In this document: positions 1 through 8,724 of the stretch, in pieces | How positions within the stretch are numbered: the stretch's first letter is position 1 | Layout of the letters: every line of letters starts with the position of its first letter | Assembly: GCA_050014195.1 (NCBI GenBank) | Contig: JBEKDT010000023.1 | Span: 1 to 46,687 of the forward strand | Source of the DNA: Desulfomonilia bacterium | Lineage (GTDB): Bacteria > Desulfobacterota > Desulfomonilia > UBA1062 | DNA length: 46,687 bases | Direction: 5' to 3' | Position numbers and translations under genes: made by a program | The notes under the pieces: model-generated | Told to the model about the DNA's origin: nothing | Database searches by the model: none | Seen by the model: the letters and a program-made list of their open reading frames with translations, nothing else

Positions 1-1050
1 CTCGACCTGCATGACTACGGTGTCATTGGGGTGTACGCGGCGGTACTCGGCCACAAGCCCCAGGGTCCGGTCCAACAGTTCCTTGGAATAGAGCTTGCCC
101 ACAAGTCCTTCCCGTACCTTCTTTGAGATCTCGAAGACATACTGCATATGTTTATTCTTGGGATCATTGGGAACAATGATGATCCCTGACTTCTTCAGGA
201 GCTCTAAGCATTTGGCATCTTCTTCCCTCGTGACCCTGATGAGCTTGTCATGTTCCTTCTTGGCAATATCCATCATGATCTTCTGGCTTGCAGGCGATAT
301 CTTGTCCCACACGCTCTTGCTGATAATCGTAGCACCCAGAAGGTTGCCCGTGGGGTAACCCGACATGTACTTGAACCGCGAATACCACTGGAAGGCCACG
401 GCACCATAGGGGGTCGAGGTCGCGCAGTCGATCATGTTCGTGGAGAGCGATGTAGCAACATCCGCTATAGACAGGGACACGGGCGATATGCCCAGCGCGG
501 CAAACATGGCCTGTCCGATGGGTTCTCCCTCCATGGTCCACCACTTCTGCTTTCGCGCTATTTCTATCGAGAGGAGTGGCTCTTTCGAGAAGGTGTAGTA
601 AAACCCCAGGTCCATCCACCCGAGAACCTTGAAACCCTTCTCTTCAAAAAGCTTTTCCATAGTGGGCTGCAGCTTTGTTCTGACATAGCCTATCTCTTCA
701 TAGTTCCTGAAAATATAGGGGACCTCCGTAATCCTTACCTCGGGTACGATAAGCCCCAGACCGGGCCCCATGAAGCCTCCGCCATGGAGCTGTCCGAGCC
801 TGATCTTCCTGAGCATGTCTTTTTCATCCCCCTGAACACCGCCCCAATAGGTCTTGAAGGCCACTTCATTATTAGTCTTTTCCTTGATCTGTTTTCCGAT
901 CTCATCAAAGACATTGGCAATATTGCTGCCTTTGGGCGCAATCGACGCTATCTTGATGACGACCTTGGGTTCATCGGCTGCAGCGAGACAGCCTGCCGTC
1001 GATATCAAGAAGACCATGACCCAGGCAAGAACTACTCCAAACTGTTTCAT
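1..1050 (-). CDS. dctP: TRAP transporter substrate-binding protein DctP (TatP-type), 3' end runs off window
   Basis: Not in ORF track because it has no stop in the window. Manual translation from ATG 1050 (SD AAGGGGG): signal peptide MKQFGVVLAWVMVFLISTAGCLAA, then IKIASIAPKGS...YWGGVQGDEKDMLRKIRLGQLHGG, typical of DctP; 350 open codons to base 1. Confidence 0.9.
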   Translation of the reverse strand, partial: MKQFGVVLAWVMVFLISTAGCLAAADEPKVVIKIASIAPKGSNIANVFDEIGKQIKEKTNNEVAFKTYWGGVQGDEKDMLRKIRLGQLHGGGFMGPGLGLIVPEVRITEVPYIFRNYEEIGYVRTKLQPTMEKLFEEKGFKVLGWMDLGFYYTFSKEPLLSIEIARKQKWWTMEGEPIGQAMFAALGISPVSLSIADVATSLSTNMIDCATSTPYGAVAFQWYSRFKYMSGYPTGNLLGATIISKSVWDKISPASQKIMMDIAKKEHDKLIRVTREEDAKCLELLKKSGIIIVPNDPKNKHMQYVFEISKKVREGLVGKLYSKELLDRTLGLVAEYRRVHPNDTVVMQVE

Positions 1051-1080
1051 CTTTAATGCCCCCTTTGCCCATACTTATTG

Positions 1081-1953
1081 CTAGAAATACATATCAACAT
1101 TATCCAGGAGGACCTTTGCCTTCCTCTTGGCCAGCTCATTGGCAAAGGCCATGTCCGGATATTTATCAGCAGGCGTCTGGATGATCTTTTCAAGGGTCTT
1201 GACGAACAGGTCGCGGTCCTGGACCTGATAGGCATAGAACTTTGCATACAAGTAATACATGAGCAGCATCTTCCCCTGCGAGATTTCAAATGCCTTATCA
1301 AAGTGCTGTTTGGCCTTTAACGTGTTGTCGCCAAGCATCCTCGGCAGTGAGGCATAGTACGCCCCGAGCGCGGCATGGGTGCTCCCATAGTAGAATGTTT
1401 CGTCGATCTCGACTACCCGATCCAGCATGTCTATAACCTTGGGCAGATCCATCATAGCCTGCGGATCATCGGGATTCAGCCCGATCCAGGCAAGCCAGCT
1501 GTTGGCGGTCCAGAATAGTGCGGGCACATCACCGGCGCCGAAACTATAGAGCATCTGTTTGAAGGCGGGCTCGGGCCCATCAAGGGTCTTTGAGAATTGA
1601 GAATATCCTTTCAGTACCCGAAGGCCATAATCCCTTGCCTTCAGGTAGAGGAGGCCGGCCCGCTTCTTGTCCGTATCTTCCACAAAGGCATTTGCATATC
1701 CGAAGTAGGCCTCAGCCCCCCTTAAGATAAGCTTATCATCCGGGGCTGCCACAATGAAACCGTCCAGCTGGACGAGACTTGCGGGCATAGCATCCCGCAA
1801 CAAATCCACATCCGTATTCCGGTTTACCGCGGTCCTCATATCGTCCAAGATGGGATCCATAGATCTTACCGTTAAGACCTTCATGCTGCAGCCGGTAAGA
1901 AACAGTGCAAGTATAACTACCATTCTTGATCCGGACATTATCCTTGAAGCCAT
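1081..1953 (-). CDS. TRAP transporter TatT component (TPR-like lipoprotein)
   Basis: Lipobox LTGC; motifs ALFWTANSW, IDETFYYGSTH, AKQHFDKAFEIS, LANELAKRKAK-like C-terminus; directly upstream of dctP. Start chosen at ATG 1953 (SD GAGGGAGG). Confidence 0.85.
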   Translation of the reverse strand: MASRIMSGSRMVVILALFLTGCSMKVLTVRSMDPILDDMRTAVNRNTDVDLLRDAMPASLVQLDGFIVAAPDDKLILRGAEAYFGYANAFVEDTDKKRAGLLYLKARDYGLRVLKGYSQFSKTLDGPEPAFKQMLYSFGAGDVPALFWTANSWLAWIGLNPDDPQAMMDLPKVIDMLDRVVEIDETFYYGSTHAALGAYYASLPRMLGDNTLKAKQHFDKAFEISQGKMLLMYYLYAKFYAYQVQDRDLFVKTLEKIIQTPADKYPDMAFANELAKRKAKVLLDNVDMYF

Positions 1954-2011
1954 GAACCCTCCCCTCATGAAACAAACATTCATATGTTTAAGCATTGAAT
2001 GAGTATCAAAT

Positions 2012-2049
2012 GAAACAAGGTGCAGGCCTTAGCAGGACCTGCACCAAAA
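2012..2049 (-). terminator. Intrinsic terminator after serC
   Basis: Stem GGTGCAGG/CCTGCACC followed by TTGTTT on the minus strand, just past the serC stop. Confidence 0.6.
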
Positions 2050-2057
2050 GAGTTCTT

Positions 2058-3140
2058 TTACGCCTTGCTCTTCTCAAATTCCTTCATGAAGTCCGCGAGT
2101 TTCTGCGCACCTTCAAGGGGCAGGGCATTGTACATGGATACCCTTATGCCGCCTACGGCCCTGTGGCCCTTCAGGCCGATGAACCCCTTCTTCGAAGCCT
2201 GTGCAAGGAACTCGGTCTCAAGCTCCTCGTTGGGAAGCCTGAACGGGATATTCATCTTGGAACGCGACCCCTTCTCCACATTGCCTTTATAGAAGGTGCC
2301 CTTGTCGATGACGTCGTAGATCAGCCCAGCCTTTTTATTATTGATCTTTTCGATCTCCGTTACTCCGCCCATGCCCTCAAGCCACTTCAAGACTTCATGC
2401 ACCACGAAGATGGCGGTGACGGGGCAGGTGTTGTAGCAGGAGTTGTTTTCCACATGCGGCTTGTAGTTCAGCATGGAAGGCGTGTTCTCGGGCGCCTTGC
2501 CGACGAGGTCTTCCCGGATGATGACGCAGGTGACGCCTGCAGGGCCCATATTCTTCTGAGCGCCTGCATAGATGAGCCCGAATTTCGACACATCGACCTT
2601 CCTGGAGAGGATGTCGGAAGACATATCGGCCACGAGCGGCACATCACCCGTATTGGGGAATGTCTGCCACTGGGTGCCGTAGATGGTGTTGTTGGAGGTG
2701 ACGTGGCAGTAGGCCGCATCCTTGGTGAGCTTGATCTCGTCTGCGTTGGGCAGCCTTGTGTAGCTTATGTCCTTGGTGGATGCGGCGATGTTCACCTTGC
2801 CGAGGAGCTTGGCCTCCTTGATGGCCCGGGTGGCGAAATACCCCGTGTCTATGTAATCGGCAACCTTGCCGGCAGAAAGCAGGTTGATGGGGATCATGGC
2901 AAACTGCAGGCTCGCGCCTCCTTGCAGGAAGAGGATCTTGTAGTTGTCCGGGATCTGCATGGCCTTCTTGAGAAGATCCACCGTCTCGATGAGCAGTGCA
3001 TCGAACTGTTTCGATCGGTGAGATACTTCCATAATGGACATGCCTGTTCCGGCAAAATTCAAGACCGCCTTGCTCGTGCTTTCGAGTACGGGTTCCGGCA
3101 GAACCGAAGGCCCTGGGTTGAATATGAATACATTCCTCAT
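2058..3140 (-). CDS. serC: Phosphoserine aminotransferase
   Basis: FNPGPSVLP, EVSHRS, GGASLQF, DMSSD, YAGAQKNMGPAG (PLP lysine), GHRAVGGIRVSMYNA. Confidence 0.97.
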   Translation of the reverse strand: MRNVFIFNPGPSVLPEPVLESTSKAVLNFAGTGMSIMEVSHRSKQFDALLIETVDLLKKAMQIPDNYKILFLQGGASLQFAMIPINLLSAGKVADYIDTGYFATRAIKEAKLLGKVNIAASTKDISYTRLPNADEIKLTKDAAYCHVTSNNTIYGTQWQTFPNTGDVPLVADMSSDILSRKVDVSKFGLIYAGAQKNMGPAGVTCVIIREDLVGKAPENTPSMLNYKPHVENNSCYNTCPVTAIFVVHEVLKWLEGMGGVTEIEKINNKKAGLIYDVIDKGTFYKGNVEKGSRSKMNIPFRLPNEELETEFLAQASKKGFIGLKGHRAVGGIRVSMYNALPLEGAQKLADFMKEFEKSKA

Positions 3141-3399
3141 ACCGGAAAATCCTCCTTACCGTGATTAATAGAACATTGTATATACCAGCGAGTGGCACTC
3201 TTCGTAAAGGCATTTGTTCTATGCTGAGGAGGCCCTTTAGGCGTTTTACCTACGTACCTTAGAGCCTTTTGCGCACATGACATTCGGCCCTGTGCCGATT
3301 TTTTTCATAACTTGACCGTCCGTATAGATATAAGAGGAAACTTTAGAGAGGATACCCATGAACCATATACAAATTAAGAAGGATTCCCCTGGGCGCTCA

Positions 3400-3445
3400 T
3401 TGACAGCTATTCTGATCCAAGGTATATAAATGAATGCCCATTCAT
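3400..3445 (+). promoter_or_regulatory. Sigma70 promoter plus palindromic operator candidate for the acyl-CoA dehydrogenase
   Basis: TTGACA(3400)-17 nt-TATATA(3423), followed directly by ATGAAT-gccc-ATTCAT (3430-3445). Confidence 0.55.
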
Positions 3446-3527
3446 CTTGAAGAAAACTGCCGTCACGAGTACTGACGAGAATGGAAGGAAGCCTTAAAAG
3501 CGAGATACACACATGAGGAGGAGCCAT

Positions 3528-4676
3528 ATGGAATTTTCACTGAGTGAAGAACACAAGATGGTACAGGACATGGCAAGGAGATTCTCCGATCAGGAGCTGA
3601 AGCCCATAGCAGCCCAGATCGACCAAACCCACAAACACAATGACGCAGTGCTTAAGAAGATGGCGGAGAACGGGTTTATGGGCGTGGCCATCCCGAGTGA
3701 GTACGGCGGAGCAGGCATGGACTACATGGCCTACGCACTCATCCTCACCGAGATATCCAGGGGATGTGCCAGCACCGGCGTTATCATGTCGGTGAATAAT
3801 TCCCTCTACGGCTTCCCTGTTTACACCTTCGGTACCGAGGAGCAGCGCAAGAAGTTCAACACCCCTGTCGCCTCAGGGGCGGCACACGGGTGTTACGGGC
3901 TCACCGAGGCCAACGCCGGGAGCGACCCGGCGGGTATGAAGACGAGCGCCGTGCCGGACGGCAACCATTGGATCATCAACGGCGAGAAGAAATTCATCAC
4001 CAACGGCAACATCGCCAAGTATGCCGTCATCGCTGCAGTTACGGACAAGACCAAGGGATATAAGGGCATCACCCAGTTCGTCATCGACCTCGAGGCGACC
4101 GAGGGTTTCTCCGTAGGCAAGGTGGAGGATAAGCTGGGCATCAGAGGCTCCGGCACTTCAGAGCTCGTATTCCAGGACGCCCGCATCCCCAAGGATGCCA
4201 TACTGGGCGATCCGGGGTCAGGTTTCCGGCAGATGCTCACCACGCTCGATTCGGGCCGTATCGGCATTGCATCCCAGGCCTTGGGCATCGCCAAGTGCTG
4301 CCTTGAAGAATCAATCAAATACTCCAAGGAGCGCGTGCAGTTCGGCAAGCCCATCTCCGAGTTCCAGGCCATCCAGTTCAAGATGGCCGACATGGCGACC
4401 CGCATTGATGCCGCCGAGCTGCTGATCCTGCGGGCTGCATACCTCGAGAGCAACCATATGCACTTCGAGAAGGAGGCGGCCATGGCCAAGATGTACGCCT
4501 CCGACGTTGCCATGTGGGCGACGGTCGAGGGGGTACAGATCCTCGGCGGATACGGCTATGTGTCCGAGTACCCCATGGAGCGCCTCATGCGCGATGCCAA
4601 GATCACCCAGATCTACGAAGGCACCAATGAGATCATGCGGGTGGTTGTCGCCAGGAACATCCTAGGCAAGAGGTAG
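3528..4676 (+). CDS. Acyl-CoA dehydrogenase (butyryl-CoA/short-chain type)
   Basis: LTEANAGSD, NGEKKFITN, KLGIRGS, RVQFGKPI, ILGGYGY, IYEGTNEI; SD GAGGAGG before ATG 3528. Confidence 0.95.
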   Translation: MEFSLSEEHKMVQDMARRFSDQELKPIAAQIDQTHKHNDAVLKKMAENGFMGVAIPSEYGGAGMDYMAYALILTEISRGCASTGVIMSVNNSLYGFPVYTFGTEEQRKKFNTPVASGAAHGCYGLTEANAGSDPAGMKTSAVPDGNHWIINGEKKFITNGNIAKYAVIAAVTDKTKGYKGITQFVIDLEATEGFSVGKVEDKLGIRGSGTSELVFQDARIPKDAILGDPGSGFRQMLTTLDSGRIGIASQALGIAKCCLEESIKYSKERVQFGKPISEFQAIQFKMADMATRIDAAELLILRAAYLESNHMHFEKEAAMAKMYASDVAMWATVEGVQILGGYGYVSEYPMERLMRDAKITQIYEGTNEIMRVVVARNILGKR

Positions 4677-4684
4677 AAATAACA

Positions 4685-4713
4685 AAGGGGGGCATGCACG
4701 TCATGCCCCCCTT
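4685..4713 (+). terminator. Hairpin terminator
   Basis: AAGGGGGGCATG-cacgt-CATGCCCCCCTT directly after the ACAD stop. Confidence 0.65.
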
Positions 4714-4726
4714 CTGCTGATCTCCA

Positions 4727-4862
4727 TCGCGGCTAAAGCCGCTCCTACAACATGCAAAATATTATCGAGATGTAGGAGCGCCTTCAGGCGCGACCCATTT
4801 TGGATGTCGCGGCTAAAGCCGCTCCTACAGAATGAAGGGCGGGCACAAGGCCCGCCCCTACA
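4727..4862. repeat. Cluster of four GTAG-family REP palindromes
   Basis: Units at 4727-4749 (-), 4771-4793 (+), 4805-4829 (-), 4836-4862 (-). Variants GTAGGAGCGGCTTTAGCCGCGA, GTAGGAGCGCCTTCAGGCGCGA and GTAGGGGCGGGCCTTGTGCCCGCCC. Confidence 0.85.
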
Positions 4863-4916
4863 AACCTTTTCTATTTCTCTGTTCACCGATCCCTGTCCGC
4901 CGGGATACCTGTTTCA

Positions 4917-4944
4917 GATCACTGTTCACTGGTCACTGATCATT
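4917..4944. repeat. Heptamer tandem repeat (G[A/T/G]TCACT, 4 units)
   Basis: gatcact gttcact ggtcact gatcatt, immediately past the polA stop. Confidence 0.5.
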
Positions 4945-4945
4945 C

Positions 4946-7612
4946 CTAGTGCGCCTCCTCCCAGCTTTTGCCGACGCCGATGTCAACATGCACCGGTACC
5001 AGCAGGGGGTAGGCATGTTGCATCTCGTGCCTGACCATGGCCTTAAGTGCTTCCAATTCATCATCCGCCGCCTCGAATACCAGCTCGTCGTGCACCTGGA
5101 GTATCATCCTGCTCTTCATATCCTTCATATGCTCATGGATCTTCACCATGGCGAGCTTGATGAAATCCGCCGCACTGCCCTGGATGGGGGTGTTGATGGC
5201 GATCCTCCTCGCACCCTCCCGCACGTTGAAGTTATCCGATTTGATCTCGGGGATGCTCCTGCGCCTGCCCATGATGGTCGTTACGAAGCCGTCCTTCTCG
5301 GCAGAGCGGGCAATGCCCTCCATGTACTCCTTCACGCCCGGGTACTTGGCGAGGTAGTTTTCGATGTAGCGTTTCGCCACATCGCGCTTGATACCGAGTT
5401 GCCCTGAGAGCTTGTGGGGGCCCATGCCGTAGATGATGCCGAAGTTGATGGTCTTTGCCTGCCTGCGATGGTTCTCGGTGACCTCATCAAAGGGGAGGCC
5501 GAAGACCTCGGCGGCAGTGCGGGTGTGTATGTCAAAACCCTGTTCAAAGGACTCGATGAGGGTCTTGTCCTTGGTAATATGTGCGAGGATTCTCAGCTCG
5601 ATCTGAGAATAGTCGGCACTCAAGATCGTAAACCCTTTGGGCGCTATGAAGGCGGAGCGTATGCGCCTGCCCATATCGGAGCGTATGGGGATATTCTGGA
5701 GATTGGGCTCGGAAGACGAGATCCTGCCCGTTGCCGTAACGGCCTGGTTGAACCGCGTATGGACTCGCCCGGTCTTGGAGTCGATCATGGCGGGCAGGCT
5801 GTCCACATAGGTGTTCTTGAGCTTGGTAAACATGCGCCAGTTCAGGATTATGGCCGGCAGCTCGTGCCTGACTGCAAGCTCTTCGAGTACGGCGCTGTCC
5901 GTTGAAAAGCCTGTCTTGGTCTTCTTCACCATGGGGAACTTGAGATCTACAAAGAGTATCTCGCCGAGCTGCTTGGGCGAATTGATATTGAAGGTCCTGC
6001 CTGCAAAGGTGTAGATACGCTCCTCCATACCCTTCATCTGTACCTCGATCTCCTTGGAGATCTCGCGGAGCAGGTCCGGATCAACAAGAACACCTATGGC
6101 CTCCATGGCGGCCAGCACGTCCAGCAGCGGAGTTTCGATCTCATAGAAAAGCCTGTCCACGCCGAGGTCGGTCATGCGTCCTGAGAGGACATCCTTGAGC
6201 GACACGAGGCATTGAGCGTGGCTTGCAAGATGCTGCGCTATCTCGTCGGGTTCGAGATCATAGAGTTTCCTGGCATTCCTGCCGGAACCCATAAGATCTT
6301 TGGTGCGGTGAATGTCTCTATCAAGGTAGGACCCGGCAAGGTCTTCCAGGGTGGTTTCGCCTGTGGCGGCGTCACAGCAGTAGGCTGAAAGCATGGTATC
6401 GAAAATCTCAGTTCCAACGTCAAGGCCCCTGAGTCTGGCCTCAACAAGGGCCTCCTTGGCATTGTGCATGGCAAGTCTCACATGGCGATTCTTCAACGGA
6501 TCGAGACAGGCATCCCTCTCCATGCAGACATAGGCGGTATCGCCCTGGGCCAGTGCCGAACAGGCCCCTTCCATCACGTACATCCCTGCTTCACCTGATA
6601 GAGCAGGATTGCAGATATGTTCGATCCTGCCCTCAAAGGCCGGTCTTGGCTTTGGTGTGTCTCCCTCAAGCTCGGCCTTAAGGGCCCTGAATTCGAGCTC
6701 CTTGAAGAGGCGGGAGAGGTTCTCTGCATCGATGCCCTTCATGCGGATGTTGCTATAGTCGATGTCAATGCCTGCATCCCGGTCGAGCCGTGCGAGATCG
6801 AGGCTTAAGAGGGCCTTGTCCGTATGGTTCAGTATGGCCTCCCTGGCCTTCTTGCTCTCGATCGTTGCAGCATGCTCGATTATCTCCTGGACATGCCCCA
6901 TCTTAGAGATGAGCTCCAACGCACCCTTCTCACCTATGCCGGGCACGCCGGGGATATTGTCCGAGCTGTCACCCATGATGGCCAGAAGGTCGGCCATATA
7001 TTCCGGGTAAACCCCGTACTTTTCTTTCACGGCCTGACGGTCATAGAGCTTCTCCTTGAGGGTGTCCCATACCGATACATCATCATCCACGAGCTGCATG
7101 AGATCCTTGTCACCGGAAATGATAATGACCTGTGAGTCCTTCTTGAACCTCCGTGCAGCCTCTGCAATGATATCGTCCGCCTCCTGCCCCTCTTTTCTCA
7201 ACATCGGGATGCCGAAGGCCTCGACGATCTTTAAGATATACGGTATCTGGACCTGGAGGGCCTCGGGCATGACCTGCCGCGTGGCCTTGTATGCGTCATA
7301 CTTGCGGTGCCGCTCCGTGGGGCCCCTGGAGTCGAGCACAAAGCACAGGTATTCGGGTTTTTTATCCTTGATGAGCTTCATGAGCATCCTGGCAAGTATG
7401 TAGATGGCGTTCGTAGGCATGCCCTTGGAGGTGGAGAGGTTCCGCATGGCATAGAATGCCCGGTAGATGTACGAGCTGCCGTCAATGAGGAAGACCTCTT
7501 TCCTGTCTATCTTTTCTTGTTTATCCGTCATCTGAATTCCCGCCAGTTTACCCCTCACCCTGACCCACAATTCGGCAGGATAGCCGAATTGTGGGTCAGG
7601 GTGAGGGGTCAT
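4946..7612 (-). CDS. polA: DNA polymerase I (start at 7612 or 7531)
   Basis: 5'-3' exonuclease [36 protein letters not shown]; polymerase motifs [41 protein letters not shown]. Confidence 0.97.
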   Translation of the reverse strand: MTPHPDPQFGYPAELWVRVRGKLAGIQMTDKQEKIDRKEVFLIDGSSYIYRAFYAMRNLSTSKGMPTNAIYILARMLMKLIKDKKPEYLCFVLDSRGPTERHRKYDAYKATRQVMPEALQVQIPYILKIVEAFGIPMLRKEGQEADDIIAEAARRFKKDSQVIIISGDKDLMQLVDDDVSVWDTLKEKLYDRQAVKEKYGVYPEYMADLLAIMGDSSDNIPGVPGIGEKGALELISKMGHVQEIIEHAATIESKKAREAILNHTDKALLSLDLARLDRDAGIDIDYSNIRMKGIDAENLSRLFKELEFRALKAELEGDTPKPRPAFEGRIEHICNPALSGEAGMYVMEGACSALAQGDTAYVCMERDACLDPLKNRHVRLAMHNAKEALVEARLRGLDVGTEIFDTMLSAYCCDAATGETTLEDLAGSYLDRDIHRTKDLMGSGRNARKLYDLEPDEIAQHLASHAQCLVSLKDVLSGRMTDLGVDRLFYEIETPLLDVLAAMEAIGVLVDPDLLREISKEIEVQMKGMEERIYTFAGRTFNINSPKQLGEILFVDLKFPMVKKTKTGFSTDSAVLEELAVRHELPAIILNWRMFTKLKNTYVDSLPAMIDSKTGRVHTRFNQAVTATGRISSSEPNLQNIPIRSDMGRRIRSAFIAPKGFTILSADYSQIELRILAHITKDKTLIESFEQGFDIHTRTAAEVFGLPFDEVTENHRRQAKTINFGIIYGMGPHKLSGQLGIKRDVAKRYIENYLAKYPGVKEYMEGIARSAEKDGFVTTIMGRRRSIPEIKSDNFNVREGARRIAINTPIQGSAADFIKLAMVKIHEHMKDMKSRMILQVHDELVFEAADDELEALKAMVRHEMQHAYPLLVPVHVDIGVGKSWEEAH
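7550..7609. repeat. Perfect inverted repeat, 27-bp arms, 6-nt loop
   Basis: ACCCCTCACCCTGACCCACAATTCGGC-aggata-GCCGAATTGTGGGTCAGGGTGAGGGGT. Confidence 0.95.
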
Positions 7613-8079
7613 TTCTTAAATACAAGCCCCCTGTCCTGGCCACCCTTCCAGGCATGATAATCCATAATGATCTTTGCATGGTCGAAGGCGAGCTCAGGAA
7701 GGTGTTCAAGGTCAAAGACCCGGGCGCTCGATGCATCATCGCCCCCTTTCATCCGACCATGCCCCTGGGCGACAAATACCGTAGTGATGGTGTGCTGCCG
7801 CGGGTCTCGTGCAGGGTCGGAGTATACGGAAAACATCTTGAGACCGGTCAGCTCAAGGTTCGTCTCCTCCTTGGCCTCCCTGTAGGCCGCCGCTTCAACG
7901 GTCTCGCCATAGTCGACAAACCCACCGGGCAAGGCCCATCCCGGCGGAGGGTTTTTCCTGAGAATAAGCACGATCCCTTCCTCAAGCTCGATGATCACAT
8001 CCACTGTAGGCACCGGATTGTGGTGGGTCTTTATGGCATGTCCGCAGTTCGGGCAGAGGACACCCTGAAAGGCTCCCAT
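7609..8079 (-). CDS. NUDIX hydrolase (ADP-ribose pyrophosphatase-like)
   Basis: Nudix box [28 protein letters not shown]; RDPRQH; LAFDH. Confidence 0.92.
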   Translation of the reverse strand: MGAFQGVLCPNCGHAIKTHHNPVPTVDVIIELEEGIVLILRKNPPPGWALPGGFVDYGETVEAAAYREAKEETNLELTGLKMFSVYSDPARDPRQHTITTVFVAQGHGRMKGGDDASSARVFDLEHLPELAFDHAKIIMDYHAWKGGQDRGLVFKK

Positions 8080-8724
8080 CTAAAGATCCTTCAGGGCAAT
8101 GGTCAGGGTCAGGCCGTTCGTATCATCTATGAGGACATCGGCAGCAGGCATGAGGTCCCGGCAAGCCGATTCGATCTCCCGGCGCACTGCATCGTCGAGA
8201 TTCAGCTCGGGGCAGGAAATATGTATGATGCCGTTGTCGAGAGAGATCTTTAAGGTGCGGCCCTTCTGCGTGTAGGCCATAATCGCATTGATGGTGCCGG
8301 ATACTGCTCCGGAGAGTGCATTGTAATCCACCTTGGCATAATAGGAGCGCGGACCAAGCTGGATCTCCCGCTTGGTTTCATGCTTGAACCGCATATCGGC
8401 CATGAGGAAGTTCGTCTCCATCTCCAGGTATTCACGGAGCTCCACGGAGGTGTATCCCTCATTGACCATCTGGATCTTGTAACCGATACCCTTGAGAATG
8501 GCGTCGATCTTTTCAGCCCCTTCGAGGATCGACGAAATATCCTTGTCATTCTTCTCCTTGATCCTGACAAACTCATCGGTAGAGAAGTCCTTCAGTGTCT
8601 CAAATCGCTCGTTTCTCGACTGGAGGAGCTGAGCCCTGCCCATGACCCACATCAAAGGTGTATTGAGGTTATGGACAACCCCTCCCAGCAGCGATCCCAT
8701 GTGGGCAAGAACTTTATCCTTCAT
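8080..8724 (-). CDS. Sensorless His-kinase-like protein (HisKA H-box, degenerate ATPase domain)
   Basis: GSLLGGVVHNLNTPLMWVMGRAQLL resembles an H-box; no TM or sensor region; no clear G1/F/G2 boxes. ATG 8724 overlaps the aminopeptidase stop (ATGA). Confidence 0.6.
   Translation of the reverse strand: MKDKVLAHMGSLLGGVVHNLNTPLMWVMGRAQLLQSRNERFETLKDFSTDEFVRIKEKNDKDISSILEGAEKIDAILKGIGYKIQMVNEGYTSVELREYLEMETNFLMADMRFKHETKREIQLGPRSYYAKVDYNALSGAVSGTINAIMAYTQKGRTLKISLDNGIIHISCPELNLDDAVRREIESACRDLMPAADVLIDDTNGLTLTIALKDL

Noticed and set aside
250-1056. 268-aa plus-strand ORF, and similar long antisense ORFs (1995-3164, 11915-12841, 37939-38832, 44923-45852 and others)
   Set aside because: Shadows of well-supported genes on the opposite strand; no motifs or SD.
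3445-3510. CTGACGAG as a possible hammerhead or riboswitch core in the ACAD leader
   Set aside because: No stem II/GAAA or other supporting pairing found.
4727-4862. REP cluster as a CRISPR array
   Set aside because: Units are in mixed orientations with short irregular spacers, and there are no cas genes.
4701-5034. Short ORFs spanning the REP cluster
   Set aside because: They are translations of repeat sequence.
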